From Eledone cirrhosa (taxonomy: Eukaryota): DNA of 64,000 nucleotides. Every line of letters begins with the position of its first letter. Position 1 is the stretch's first letter. Shown in pieces: positions 1-13,526 of this stretch. The stretch is taken from positions 185,194,001 to 185,258,000 of the forward strand of contig OZ024741.1 of assembly GCA_964016885.1 (NCBI GenBank), read 5' to 3'. Below the pieces are notes generated by a model. The model saw nothing but the letters and a program-made list of their open reading frames with translations, was not told the DNA's origin and did not search any database. The position numbers were made by a program, and so were the translations under genes.

Positions 1-639
1 GGTCTAGGTGTCTAGTTTTAGGAAGCCACCTTCCTCCCTTCCACCAGTTTCGTAGTCGATGCAGCATGGTCACTGTCCTTCCTTCACTGATAAAAGCAGT
101 AACAAAAATATAAACTTACTATAAAACAATCTTTCAACAATTTTGTATAATAACTTGACCTTCACACGAACCCACAATGTTTCACGTCACCATTCACTCT
201 TCAGTTTTAACTTACCTACCTACCTTCCTACCTACCTATAGACCTACTTCTGCATTACCATCCAGACAACCAACCAACCAACCGGCAGCACTGTCACGCA
301 CCTTTTCTACTTCACAACCCAAACATTTCAATTTGCTTCACTAACAAAGCAATCTGACTCTACTCCATTCTTTCTGTGCTTATCTCTTAAACGATCAACT
401 AACCGTACCCGTACCCAGCGCCGACTAGAGATACTTTATCACACCGACCTTCCCTTTTCCACCTGGTCTCCTTTAACCTTGAGTTCCTCATAGACCCCAC
501 CCCGTTCTTCTCGACGTTCCTTTCCTTAAGAAGTTCTGATCTTTCCACTTCCCATCCCCGTTCCATCTACATCTGGTTGAACATATTTGAAACTCTTAAC
601 TTGCCAATGACCTACCTCCCTACATATCCACCTACCTAA

Positions 640-716
640 ATACATACATTCATACATACATACTTACATACATACATACATATATACATACACAGAAACA
701 TACATACGTACATACA

Positions 717-747
<31 letters not shown>

Positions 748-950
748 CATACATACATACATACATACATACATAGAAACATACTTTCATACGTACATAC
801 ATAATACAATACATACATACAAACATAGAAACAACATTCATACATGCACACACACACATGCATACATAAGTACATAAATACATACATGCATTCAAATAAA
901 CATTCATGCATACATACGCACGCACATAATACAGATACAAACATACATAT
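640..950. repeat. Degenerate (CATA)n microsatellite
   Basis: Runs of tacatacata with interruptions; accounts for the spurious MYVC-repeat ORFs. Confidence 0.9.
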
Positions 951-1161
951 TATCTTAAAAGTATACACACTTATAACTATTTCTTGTGAACTTCCTTCCT
1001 GCCAAAATGCATACACACGTTAACCTGGACACGTATATGCTGAACTATCAACCAGCTTACAAAATACTTACTTGAATACTACATAGATATATCCACACTG
1101 AGTCATTTATCTTCAAAACAATCTACCTATTTTTCTTCCTACAAACATACATAGATACAAG

Positions 1162-1692
1162 ATGGCTGCCCCCTCCTTTTCGAGTATGGTCATGGCACGT
1201 TATACCATTATCAATAATTATTAATTAATGCTACCATGCAATGCCTGTGCATGAAGATATTTTTTAAAGTGAGGAAAGACTGTGCACTGAGCCAATCCCA
1301 CTCTGAGCGACAGTAGCTATAACCCGAAAAGAAGGAAAAGTTCAACATCGTCGGTAACTACTGAGCCGCAGGTTTTATATCGGAGTTATCCCAGTTTCCT
1401 GAGTTGCCTTCTCCTAGAAGAATGCCCTGACAAAGGCTAGGGGTCCTTCACTCCCAGTGGTTTAACCGTGCGCTACATGTGTATATACATATTTACACAC
1501 TTTTGGATGGCCGTTGACTCTTATGAGTTCTTCCGCCCTTTGTCAGGTTTTGTTTTTTGTCCTGCAGGGTGTCCAAATCACCCTCCCCACCAAGTAAACT
1601 TGGTGGGGTTTCCGGTTTAGTTGCCGACAACCCAACCATGCGACAGGTTTTACTAGGTTACATGTTACCAGTAGCACTCAAGAGTGATCCGA
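1162..1692 (-). mobile_element. Non-coding interspersed repeat, homologous to 59900-60428 in opposite orientation; both copies sit next to (CATA/TATG)n
   Basis: Reverse complement of 1580-1692 (gtcggatcactcttgagtgctactggtaacatgtaacc...ggagggtgatttggacaccctgca) matches 59901-60032 (gtcaggtcgctcttgagtgccgctggtaacatgtaacc...ggagggtgaaatttggacaccctgca); similarity continues over ~500 bp. Confidence 0.7.
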
Positions 1693-1800
1693 CATGCATA
1701 CAAACTTACGTATACACATACACACATATATAGATACATACAAACATCCATAAACATACATATATATACAAACATACATAGACACACATACATATATACA

Positions 1801-1919
1801 TACATCATACATACAAACATACATACATGCATACATACATACATACATACATACATACATACATACATACATACATACATACATACATACATACATACAT
1901 ACATACATACATACATACA
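1801..1919. repeat. (TACA)n microsatellite at the 5' flank of the R4/Dong-like LINE
   Basis: Near-perfect tetranucleotide run. Confidence 0.95.
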
Positions 1920-4900
1920 GCGTTGTTATATTATATTACATTCATAAAGAAATATACTAAGTAACGGTTCTTTTTGTTATCGATTCAAACGATTCAAGAA
2001 CAACGTTTAAAACACAGTTGTAGAATTAAAAACTAACTGAAAAGAAATATTACCCAAGCTGTGAATAAATTTAAATTTGATTCTGACAGAACTTTGTCGA
2101 AACTTTTAAAGAAGATCATCGACTATTTTGAAAAATAAATACGAAATATTAGTGAATAGACGAACTCATCATTGCAAAAAGTACAAGTCTCCTTCGACCA
2201 AATCGCAACTACAACCGTTGTATACAGTGGAGCTACGAGCTTAACAAAGAATTATATGAAGCATACAAACAATCTGAACCCCAAAAGTTCGGTTTTATGC
2301 AAAGACTAAAAACTTTATAGAATTCCAAACACCCAGAATTAGAATGTTCTCCAAAGCATTTAAATGAACAAGCAAAACGTACCATTAGATGTAAATTGAT
2401 ACATCTAACGGAATTGAGTGATACTATAAATACAGCCCTTGTAGACAACCACCCCACCTCCACTGACAGACTGGCCAGCTAAATCTAACAGTGAACAGCT
2501 CACCAACAATTTTGCTGAAATCCATCCCACTTCCACTGAAGAACAGCGAGAAAGGTCAGCTAACTTTAGTAGTAATTGTCACCACATCAACAACGAGGCT
2601 GAAATTCATGACTCTACTGAACAAACAGAACACCGAAAACTTGTGGACACCTTACAAGTGATACGGAACGATATGTTTCAAGAGATACACAGCCTTAATG
2701 TGAGTGACAGACCATACAACACCAGAATCAGTAAAGAACCCACTAAATTGGAATTGGAAGCGGTGAACGAAAAAGCTGGCAATTATCTGAAGGCTATAGG
2801 ATCTAAAGGTGTAGAAACGACATTTGAAACGCTTAATATTTTGTTATATGTTTCAGCTGTCACATTGCTATCATATAACACACATCTAAAACCACGCAAT
2901 CAAGATACAAACAGGAAGCCTGAACCAGCGTGGATGCGAAATTTAAAAAGCAAAATTTTGTCCATGAGACGAATTATCTCACACATCGCAGTCGTTATGA
3001 AATGCAACATAGAGAGCAACTTCACACGACACCAGGAAGACCCAACAAAAAAGTTAGAGAGACGATTTGGAGATACAAAATCTAAAACTTTGAACTCCAA
3101 ATTACACCAGTTGAAACAAGAATTCACAGCTACAACAGAAAGACTAAAATATAAGTCAACAGCACATAAACGACAAGTGCTAAATAGATTGTTTGCCAGA
3201 GATCCTAAATCAGTTTATCGCAGCTTCGGTGGCAAAAGCTCAATCCCTGTAAATGACACCCCTTCAAAAGAACAGGTTGAGAGCTACTGGAGATCTGTAT
3301 GGGAAACGGATGACGGATTTAACAGACAAACTAATTGGCTAAAAGAGCTGGAACAGGACTATTGCCAACATGTCCAGACAAAACAATATGACATAGATGG
3401 GTCAATACTGGAAACAGCTCTACAGAAAATGTCGAATAGGAAATCGCCAGGCCCAGACCTCATTACAGGATACTGGTTGAAGAATTTCACTTTCTATCGG
3501 CAAGATCTCATACGGCTGTTTACAGAAAGCATTAAGGGCACACAAGAACTGCTCAGATGGTTATCAACTGCTACTACTCTCCTCATTCCCCCAAATAGCC
3601 AAACCACCCTTGCTAAAAATTACCGCCCAATAGCCTGCCAAAACATCATGTATAAATTATATACTAGGTGCCTTAACCTGTTCTTACAGGATCACTGTGC
3701 TACCAACAACATCATAACACCTGAGCAAGCTGGTGGAAAGAGCGAGGTGTGGGGTTGCATAGATCACCTACTAACTAACAAAATGATTCGGGAAAAAGCA
3801 ACAAAGAATCGCAGAAACATGACTGTGGTGTGGCTGGACTATCAAAAAGCATTTGATAGTGTACCTCATGGGTGGATTATTAAGGCTTTACAGTTAGCCA
3901 AAGTCCCACAACCATTGGTAGCTGCTGTTGAACGTCTGACCAAGAACTGGTACACCAATTTGATCCTTAGAGGTGAGAAGCAGCAAGTTAAGACTGATAA
4001 GATGCATTACCAGAAGGGCATCTTTCAGGGTGATAGCTTGTCAGTGCTACTCTTCGTTCTCTCAATGAATCCACTATCTTACCTACTCAGGAAACAAGGT
4101 GGACAAAGAAGTGGGTCCAGAAGTATCTCCCATCTTTTCTTTGTTGATGACCTGAAGTTGTATGGGCCAAATATCAAGACATCAAGAAACAATTGGACCT
4201 CATTACACAATTTTCAACCGACATCAAAATGAAATTTGGTGCATAAAAGTGTGCATATTTGACAGTAAAACGTGGAAGAGCTGTGCCCTCCTCTAGAAAT
4301 CTAGCGATGAACGGCCTGACAATACAACTTCTACAGTCAGGTGACAATTACAGATATCTTGGACAGGATGAGAATGTCAGATATGATGGATCCATAAATA
4401 AGGAGAGAACCAGAACTGAATACCTCAGAAGAGTAAAGAAAATATGGTCATCAGAACTGTCAGCGTACAACAAATACATTGCCCACAATACTTATGCTGT
4501 GCTAATTCTAACGCCAACATTTGGCCTGCTGAACTGGTCATTGCAAGAACTAAGTGAGATGGATGTTAGAACTCGCAAACTTCTCAGTGTTACTGGGAAC
4601 TTTAACATCAATGGTGATGTGGATAGGCTATACTTCTCAAGCAAGGAAGGTGACCGGGGTCTAAAATCAATATTAACAACATATGAGACCCGGATAGTAA
4701 CACTGAAGCAACACCTTCAACAGAGGAAAAAGGTTGGCAACCATCTTGCCCAGGTTTATCAGCATGAAAAAAAAAATATCATTAGAATAGAGACTGATCT
4801 GGAGGAGAGATATGGAATAAAGCCTGATATAAATCTCTCACCCAGAGAAATCAGAAGATCCTATTCAATGTTCAAACAAGATAAAAAAATTGACCAATTT

Positions 4901-5760
4901 ACAGAAAAAGTTGTGCATGGATAGTTGAGACGTAAAACACAGACCATAGAGGGGATAAACACTCAAAAAGCCTGGCATGGAGTTCCGACAAGTTTATGAC
5001 ATCACACCTTGAGGGATATCTCTATGCAATACAGGAACAAGAACTCCCTACCAAATATCTGCTGCTCAAAAGAGGAGGGCCAGCAGCTGACAATAAATGT
5101 AGGCTATGTAAAACAAAGATCGAGGATGTAAGCCACATTGTTGACAGCTGCGAAAGAATGTCATCTCGCTACTACCTCCCCATGAGACACGATGGGATAG
5201 CTAGAACCATCTGGAACGCACTTCGGAAAACAAAATTAACAACAAACGAGGAAGAATATATTGAGACAGATGGCACTAAGGAATACTGATGGAACCTGAC
5301 AATAAAAACTGCCACCAAATTAAAGCACAACCGGCCTGATATTGTTGTTTGGGACCACACATTGAAAACGTGTTCTGTTGTGGAGATCAGCTGCCCACTT
5401 GATGTAAACGTTATCAGAAAAATACAGGAGAAGGAGGACATCTACGGACCATTCATAAGGAGTTTACAAATCCAGTATCCAAGATACACCTTTAGCTTCA
5501 TACCCATCATTATTGGAGCTACGGGTTATATACCAACCAGCTTAGACCAAAGTATGACTAAACTTGGATTTGCGGACAAAAAGCGCAGCTCCCTAATTCA
5601 TAGTCTACAAATGGCTGCGATAGCTGGCACCTTCAAAATTTGCAAAACATTCTTGCTATTCAAGGGATGACAATTTCTTTTCTTTTACAACCTTGCCACC
5701 AGTAAGGTGGCCGGTCAAAAAAATATACTCGAAATTAAGAGAAAGCGATAACATCCATAC
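1920..5760 (+). mobile_element. Decayed non-LTR retrotransposon with restriction-like endonuclease (R4/Dong-like clade)
   Basis: N-terminal WSYELNKELYEAY..SEP..GFMQRL motif (~2228). RT motifs KSPGPD, NYRPIAC, WLDYQKAFDSVPH, GIFQGDSLS, HLFFVDDLKLY, YRYLG. CCHC knuckle CRLC..EDVSHIVDSC, then RHD and RLE KHNRPDIVVWD..VVEISCP. Begins after (TACA)n and ends at catccatac. Confidence 0.85.
2228..5670 (+). pseudogene. Disrupted RT-RLE polyprotein of the R4/Dong-like LINE
   Basis: One protein is split across ORFs 2643-4232, 4259-4924, 4996-5289 and 5362-5670 by stops and frameshifts. Confidence 0.85.
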
Positions 5761-6030
5761 AGGGGCCTCGTTTGCCTTAAAAATGTGAGGGGGACAAACC
5801 AACATTTGTTGATTCTTAAAGGAGCATAAATTGCTATGGTACCTTTCCCTGTTCCTATCACATAAGGGAAATTTTACGCTAATTAATTTTCATATATCCA
5901 AATGAAGTTGGATATAGAACAATAAGCTTAAAAAGAATTTATTATATCAAGTAAACAAAAAATAAAATATAGACGTTTGAAAAAGTGGTGGGGACTTGTC
6001 CCCTGGTACCCCCCTGAAACAAGGACATTG
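5760..6030. mobile_element. Possible small non-autonomous DNA transposon (MITE) in (CATA)n
   Basis: Imperfect ~14 bp terminal inverted repeat (caggggcctcgttt / aaacaaggacattg), flanked by catac and (CATA)n. Confidence 0.3.
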
Positions 6031-6294
6031 CATACATACATACATACATACATACATACATACATACATACACACATACCTAGGTATACATCCCTAAACA
6101 CCTTATTAATAGGTTGCCAATTCCGGCAGGATAATAGTGCTGGTTGGGGTCCAAGAGCGTCGGAAGATTTAATTGAAGGTTTGCCATCTTCCGCTTTTCG
6201 TACTCGAAGCCGGGTTTGTCGCCTAATGCACAGACTTGAGCTAGGAAGGAGGGAAGCCTGCAGCATCCAAATCATAATTTATTATTTCATTGAG

Positions 6295-6460
6295 AGCGGT
6301 GGATTGGCAGTATCGGTAGAGAGTCGGACGCCATGCTTTACGGTCTGAGTTCAAATCCCGCCGAGGTTAACTTTGCCTTTCATCCTTACGGGGTCGATAA
6401 AATAAAGTACCAGTAATGCACTGGGTAATTGCTGGCCTTGTGCCAAAAGTAGAAACAATT
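6295..6460 (+). mobile_element. tRNA-derived SINE (family A)
   Basis: A-box-like tggcagtatcgg, B-box gagttcaaatccc, conserved body ttgcctttcatccttacggggtcgataaaataaagtaccag and tail ggccttgtgcc..agtagaaacaattatt; more than 10 copies in the window. Confidence 0.85.
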
Positions 6461-6615
6461 ATTTCATTGAGAGCGGCCTAACATAGAAGGTGGCCAGCAA
6501 TGTAGCGACATGATGGTGGGTGAAGGATAGATCCAGATTTCTCAAAAAACGACCACACTCTGATAGGTTAGTCATCGCATGTGTAGAAGTGGAGACGTTT
6601 GACTTTCTTGGACCC

Positions 6616-7023
6616 CGGGTTCGGATGTTTCGACGCATTAAAGACAATACATCTAACCGCAGTGCTACTTCCATTTCCTTCGTCGCTCGCTCTCTTTGCG
6701 CCCGCTCTCACCGAGAGCGGACGTTTTTCTTCAGTTCTCTCGCTGTTAATAAGGTCTCTAGGCTTAAACCTAGCAGCCTGATGTAACTTCGTTCTCTCTC
6801 CCCTTGGTTACTCTACATACATGTGCCACTCATCTGTGTCTCGCCCCTCTCTATCGGTATGTATTTTCTCTTTTTTCTTTTCTTTCTCTCTCTTCCGTTT
6901 TGTTTCTCTCTTTCTTCGCTATCGTCTCGTTTTCGTCTTTTCTTTCCCTAATAATTTTATAAGTTATTAATCGCCCTGCGGATAGATGTATTGTCTTTAA
7001 TGCGTCGAAGCATCCGAGACCCG
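6616..7023. repeat. ~47 bp inverted repeat (6616-6662 / 6976-7023) with ~310 bp spacer
   Basis: cgggttcggatgtttcgacgcattaaagacaatacatctaaccgcag versus ctgcggatagatgtattgtctttaatgcgtcgaagcatccgagacccg. Confidence 0.75.
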
Positions 7024-7118
7024 CATCAGACAACTGAAGAGGGTAAATGTCTATCTCTCTGTTTGTGTTTCCTTTATTCTCTACACTCGTTGTAACCACA
7101 CTGACTTGCCCTTTTCAA

Positions 7119-7162
<44 letters not shown>

Positions 7163-7167
<5 letters not shown>

Positions 7168-7291
7168 TAAAATAACAGATTAAGGTTTAAGCAAAGAATC
7201 TCTTCTTTCACCCTTAACGGGATCTTCTGAAACTTTGATATTTATCTTTATCGAGCCCTCTTTGGATTTTAGTCTTCAAATTTATTATTAT

Positions 7292-7295
<4 letters not shown>
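7163..7295. mobile_element. Rearranged mini-element in (TA)n, same family as 12061-12650; carries a hammerhead-like motif at 7185-7233 (-)
   Basis: 7163-7233 matches 12150-12220 directly, and 7240-7295 matches 12061-12115 inverted. Confidence 0.7.
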
Positions 7296-7370
<75 letters not shown>

Positions 7371-7454
7371 TGTATATATATATACACACTTATATTTATT
7401 TAGATATACACACATATATTATATATTAAAATGGGGTCTCCAGGACTAGAACTG

Positions 7455-7605
<151 letters not shown>

Positions 7606-7997
7606 CAAACAGTCAATTCGCGTAACTCGTTTCATTACACATCAATCACATTTGTCCCTCAAACCTTCTCCCTACTTATCAATCTATCTAAACACCTACT
7701 TCCACACAGCCCGGCGTAAGTCCTACTACAGATCTACCTTCCTCCATGCCTCTCACCATTTCTATTTACCTACTAATCTACCCCCCCCCCCCGTGTCTCA
7801 TAGCAGGCGACATTCTCTTCGTTATCTGAGACGGGCATATTGTTAAACGAACCAATTATTTTGACACACTTCTTCCTTTCTTTCCTTCTCCCTCTCTTTC
7901 TCTCATTTTCTCCAGGTCTTATTTAACACGTGCGTTTTTTTAAGGTAACGCACCCACACTTACATACACATATTTTGATAAATACAGATATGGAGAC

Positions 7998-8071
<74 letters not shown>

Positions 8072-8074
8072 AAG

Positions 8075-8240
8075 AAAGAATGTGTGGTAAGAAACCAGGT
8101 GGACCATAACGCACCAGAATACTCGATACTTAGAGTAGTAAAGTGGGTAAGAGGAAAAAAGAATCAGGACCCAGACGGCTGAGCTCCGGCCGTTTCAACA
8201 GCTTGGCCGGAGCTCAGCTGTCGGAGTCCTGACTCTTTTC
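8075..8240 (-). mobile_element. Short fold-back copy of the 47931-49020 family
   Basis: aaccaggtggaccataacgcacca is shared with 47951; hairpin at 8154-8240 (gaatcaggacccagacggctgagctccggcc / ggccggagctcagctgtcggagtcctgactc); followed by TA. Confidence 0.75.
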
Positions 8241-8261
8241 ATATATATACGTATATATATA

Positions 8262-8525
8262 CTTCGATTTTGAATTTATTTTGCAAGATTTCTTATCTGA
8301 AAACGTGTGTTGAAACAGGTATTTTTATACGTTGGAAGGGTCATGCTGCCAATAAAAACACATTTTCGGTTGATTCGTTGGTTTGATAACCGCATTGTTG
8401 TTTATATATTGTCAAAGCTCTTTTGTCACACATTCTGTGAGCTCCTCAGTGACTAGGTTCTTATTTTGTGTCTCTCCCTTGTTCTGTCCTTCATCATTTT
8501 TTTTTGTGTTGTTTTGCTATTAGAT
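8262..8525 (-). mobile_element. Diverged copy of the hammerhead mini-element family of 30733-31348
   Basis: Shares gtgtgttgaaac..ggaagggtcatgctgccaataaaaacac; degenerate hammerhead at 8411-8453 (gtca CUGAGGA ... AAAA ... tgac). Confidence 0.65.
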
Positions 8526-9102
8526 GTAGGACGGATCAGCGTATCAACCGGATTTATAGATAAAATTGAACCAATCCTTCAGTTAGACGTTAGGCGCAGC
8601 ATGTCACCCTGTACCTGATAGCTACGAAAGATCTATGCTGGACTCGCCTGAAAGGTTTGAGGATCGACTTCCTGCTGTCCTCATCAACGCCTTCAAGACA
8701 TCCCCACCGAGGAGAAAGGTGGGGATAGAGAGAAAGGGGGGTGACGTCCTAGTGTGCTTTAAAAAAATGAGTGAGGGTGGCGAGGTTGAATATGCTGAAT
8801 GGACATATACTGATTATGCTTTTCTAAGCTCGTGGAAAAAAACAGGGTGACAGGCTGAGGGCAATTTTATTTCCCATGAGGCGACAGAGTAATCCAAGAT
8901 GTTGTATAAGGTTTTCTCTGGAATTACTCCTAAAGCCCAGTTAACCCTTCTCCCTATTGGGGAACTGTACTTAGTTGACATTTGATATTGTTTTGTATTG
9001 ATGTCCCCCTTTGTTGATGTCCCCTTTCCTTTACTCGATGTAAAAACCAGTCTGTATTGGTTTTTGTCCTTGTATTGTCTTCATTATTATTGTTATCATC
9101 AA

Positions 9103-10375
9103 AGTTAACCTCGGCGGGATTTGAACTCAGATCGTAAAGGGACGTAACTCTTTGCGTCAAAGCATGGCGTTCGACCCTCTACTGATACTTTGCTTTTCAT
9201 CCTTACGGGGTCGATAAAATAAAGCACCACTAATGTACTGGGTAATTGCTGGCCTTTTGCCAAAAAGTAGAAACAATTATTATTGTCATCATCATCATCA
9301 TCATCATCATCATATTTATCTTCATCATCATCATCCACGGCATCACTATCATCATCATCTTCAAATAAACATTTAGCAACTATTATCAAAATGCCATATT
9401 TTCTTTTTAAAATGTAAGTTAAATATACGAAAAATACCAATAGGCCGCCATTGACGTCATTGACGTACAAACGTATAGTCAGAAACGTTACGCAGAGAAA
9501 TTTTGAGTAGCATCGATATTTCATTATTGGTCACATAATTGTTTTGTTTTTGGCACAAGGCCAGCAATTATCCTAGTGTATTACTGGTACTTTATTTTAT
9601 CGACCCCGTAAGGATGAAAGGCAAATTTAACCTTGGTGGAATTTGAACTCAGTTCGTAAAGGGACGTAACTGTGCTGTAAAGCATGGCGTCCGACCTTCT
9701 ACCGATACTGCCGCCAATCCACCGCCCTTTATTATTGGTCACATAATTGTTTCTACTTTAGGCACAAGGCCAGCAATTACCCAGTGCATTACTGGTACTT
9801 TATTTTATCGACCCCGTAAGGATGAAAGGCAAAGTAAAACTTGGCGGGATTTGAACTCAGACTGTAAAGGGACGTAATGAAAGGTTACAGCATGGACTAC
9901 ATGTATTTCCGTTTATTGATATACAAGATATACGAACGTAATGGCAATTTAAGATCGTTGTCTGCAAATATGTTATGTCTAACGCTTACACAATTTTCCC
10001 TGTCTTACACGTTGTTTTGATGAATGAATAGAAAAAAAAAGTTTTAGGTTACTAAGAACACACAGAAACACACACACATACACACACACACATGCATACG
10101 ATGGGGAAATCATCTAGATTTTAATTCGGTACGTAGAGGGCCATAGCTATATGCCACAATACAAAATCTCATCCCTCATTATAATATTGGTTTCTTATAT
10201 AGGCACAAGGCCAGCTATTTTGGGGGAGGGGAAAGTCCATTAAATCGACCCGAGTGCGTAACTGATACTTTATTTTATCGACCCCGTAAGGATGAAAGGC
10301 AAAGTGAACTCAGATCATAAAGGACCGTAACTCAATGCTGCAAAGCATGGCGTCCGACCCTCTACCGACACTGCC
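9103..10375 (-). mobile_element. Cluster of SINE family A copies (~9103-9185 -, 9188-9283 +, 9535-9725 -, 9745-9880 -, 10190-10375 -)
   Basis: Repeated ctggtactttattttatcgaccccgtaaggatgaaaggcaaa and ggatttgaactcag. Confidence 0.85.
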
Positions 10376-11055
10376 ATAATATCACGTTATTATTTAGCAC
10401 TGATCTCCATGCATCATATTTTTTTCATGTTAATTATGAGACACATCAAAAAATCTATAGAGTTTACGGGTGTATTGTAAATATCGACGAAAATAAACTT
10501 ATCTTTAAATTCTTTATTTAATTATACATTTATTCATTTTTTTCTTTGTTTACAGTTCCTGAATGTAAAGTCGTTAAATATTATATTATTTTTAAAAATC
10601 CCATTATAACTATGAAAAAATCATACAGAAAAATACAGAAAGAAACAAGAGATCGTAAAGAAGCGTCCACCTATCAAAGCTAACGAATAAAAGAAAGAAA
10701 TATTGATACGCAATATCACTATTATGTTTTATTGACTAAGAACATTAGAGAGCACTAAAATACACTGTAGTAATAATAGTACTAAAATTACACTATAGTA
10801 ATATAAAACGTATAACCACATTTAAACCTTTCATTATTATTATTAACTAAGTGCATTCCAGGGTATTGTTAAGTTTTGGCTACACACACACACATACACA
10901 CACAAACAGACAGATAGCCACATGCACACAAACACACACACATACACACACACATACACACACAAACAGACAGATAGCCACATGCACACAAACACACAAA
11001 CACACACACATACACACACATACACACGTATACACACATAGACACACACACACAA

Positions 11056-11088
<33 letters not shown>

Positions 11089-11089
11089 A

Positions 11090-11120
<31 letters not shown>

Positions 11121-11541
11121 ATAGTTTAAAAATTGCATCATTTCTATAATTTCTGTATAAAAAAAACAATAATTCTTGGGTTACTTCAGTGTACTTCAGC
11201 GAATCATCAGGCGATTAAGGGAACTTTAGTCATTTATTTTCGCAATGCACCCAATTAGAAGGATTCAATTATCTGTTGGTTTTATTGTCACTTCTATATT
11301 TCTTTGAGAGAAGTGTATCTATACACAATATCTCATGAATGATGAAGGGGTTTTAATCATATCTCTTTTGCTTTATTGCTGTGTATGAGTACATAGTCGT
11401 GTGGTTAATTAGTTCATTACTCAATCCCATGGTTTATAATCAGGTCTCAATCCAAGGGAACTGAAACAGGTGTTTTCTATTCTACAAGTACATTTTGATT
11501 AAAGTTAGACAGAAATTATGTAAGAATTATATAGAAGACTG

Positions 11542-11580
<39 letters not shown>

Positions 11581-12019
11581 TATTAACCTTATTCATTATT
11601 CTCCAATTATGTAGAGAAAAAATTCTGTCGTTCTATCTAGCTGCTCAAAATTTTTTTTTTTGGTAGCGAACATAGACAACAAGTCTACGATTTCCCGCCT
11701 TCACTATACACCAACGTATTTATGGGTCACTTTCACGACCTTTCAGACCTGTATTAGTTGGAGTGAGGTCATATATTTTGTCGTTCCTGGGGTTTTTAAC
11801 CCTAGGAAAGGAAAATGCTTCTCTGATGATCTTTGCTTTTCCATTAATATCCATGTGATATCTAATGTTTTGCAACGGGAAACTGTACAGTAAGGTCCAT
11901 TTGAATAGGTAAATATGTATATTATATTTTTTAATTTTGATTAATTTTAATTGTAAATTAATTTTGATTTATTTTGAAAAATTGGTTGAATTTTACTTGT
12001 TCTGCTTATCTTGATATCT

Positions 12020-12060
<41 letters not shown>

Positions 12061-12063
<3 letters not shown>

Positions 12064-12650
12064 ATAATAATAAATTTGAAGACTAAAATCCAAAGAGGGC
12101 TCGATAAGGATAAATATATATCAAATATATAAGAACCGTAGAGCAAATATTTATTAAAATAACAGATTAAAGTTGAAGCAAAGAATCGTTGCTTTCACCC
12201 TTAACGGGATCTTCTGAAACTAACAAAGTCAATCTGTAAACGCAGAAGTGGATATTTCAAAAAACGTTGCAACCGGAGGAAGACAGGAAGACGATACTTT
12301 GGTTCGTGGAAACGTTCCCTGGCAAACAGCGGGGAAAAACGAATATAATAAGTCATTAATAGGAGCGGTGAAAAACAATTACGCGCAAAGACAGAACCAC
12401 GTTTATGGTATAAAAGAGGTCGCAGACTAATGTTCTCTTAGGTGGTTCATAGAGACGTTCTCAACGAAAAAAACGAAGATAATACGACATGTGGGGAGCG
12501 TGGAGAACAATTGCACGCAAAGACAAAACCACGTAAATGGTATAGCAGAAGTCGTAGACTAAAATTCTAACCAGGAGACCGAATGAATCTCCGCTTCAGA
12601 GTTAAGAACAAAGTAAATAAATACAATGCAGAGGTAATAGAAATTAAATA
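12061..12650 (-). mobile_element. Non-coding element ending in (TA)n, with a hammerhead-like motif at 12172-12220 (core CAGAAGA) and an internal ~135 bp tandem duplication
   Basis: The terminus gtaataataataaat..gactaaaatcc..gctcgataaggataa also occurs at 19578 and inverted at 7240-7295; duplicated segment ggagcg..aacaatt..gcaaagaca.aaccacgt..atggtata..agtcg.agactaa. Confidence 0.6.
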
Positions 12651-13296
12651 AATACATACACGCATACAAATACGTACATACACAAGCACACGTGAAAACA
12701 CTTACCATAGGTATACAAAACCACGCACATATAAATATGTGTGTGTGTGTATGCGTGTATACAAAATAAATAAATAATTAAATAAACGTATATAAATAAA
12801 TAAATACGTATATAACAAGCGCACACACATACCTACATGTAAATACACAAATGTTCGGAGACGTAAGTCAACCAAATCATGAAGTACACATATACACACT
12901 CCCTACCTACGTACGAACCTGCATACTCATACAGACGCAAAACACCCGCATACACATAACCAAACCATATGTACCAGAAAATATAAAATTATACGCCATA
13001 ACATATACAATCAAATATACGTACGAGAAGGTATACGTACCTTCACAAACATACAGGTAATATATACTTACCTATGCAAATAAGTAATGGTATAAACAAA
13101 ACATATACTTAACTACCACATCAAGACGTAAACTATCCACGTATAGATCGTACTATCCGTTAGGGTATAACGTGGGGCTGTAATACAGGAAAGTTTTGTG
13201 CAATTTATGTTTACAACCTGAAATTGCCTCAGATTTTTTGATTAAGATGTGGTCTGTGGCGTAGAGTATTTCCAGGGCCTCAGCGGCGCTTTATTG

Positions 13297-13387
13297 CGTG
13301 TTACAATTGTTTCGCCGGCAGGTAGCTCGAGACATGGTCCTTGTATGGATCTGGCTGATTCTACTGCTGCAGCTTCTTTCAGACACG
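13297..13387 (-). ncRNA. Type I hammerhead ribozyme variant with extended stem II
   Basis: cgtgt-CUGAAAGAA-gctg...cggc-GAAAC-AAUU-GUA-acacg; stem I cgtgt/acacg and palindromic stem III ACAAUUGU. Confidence 0.6.
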
Positions 13388-13418
13388 TGTATTTCGTTCG
13401 GAGCAAATTTTATACACA

Positions 13419-13490
<72 letters not shown>

Positions 13491-13526
13491 CATATACATA
13501 TATATATATGTATATATATATATATT

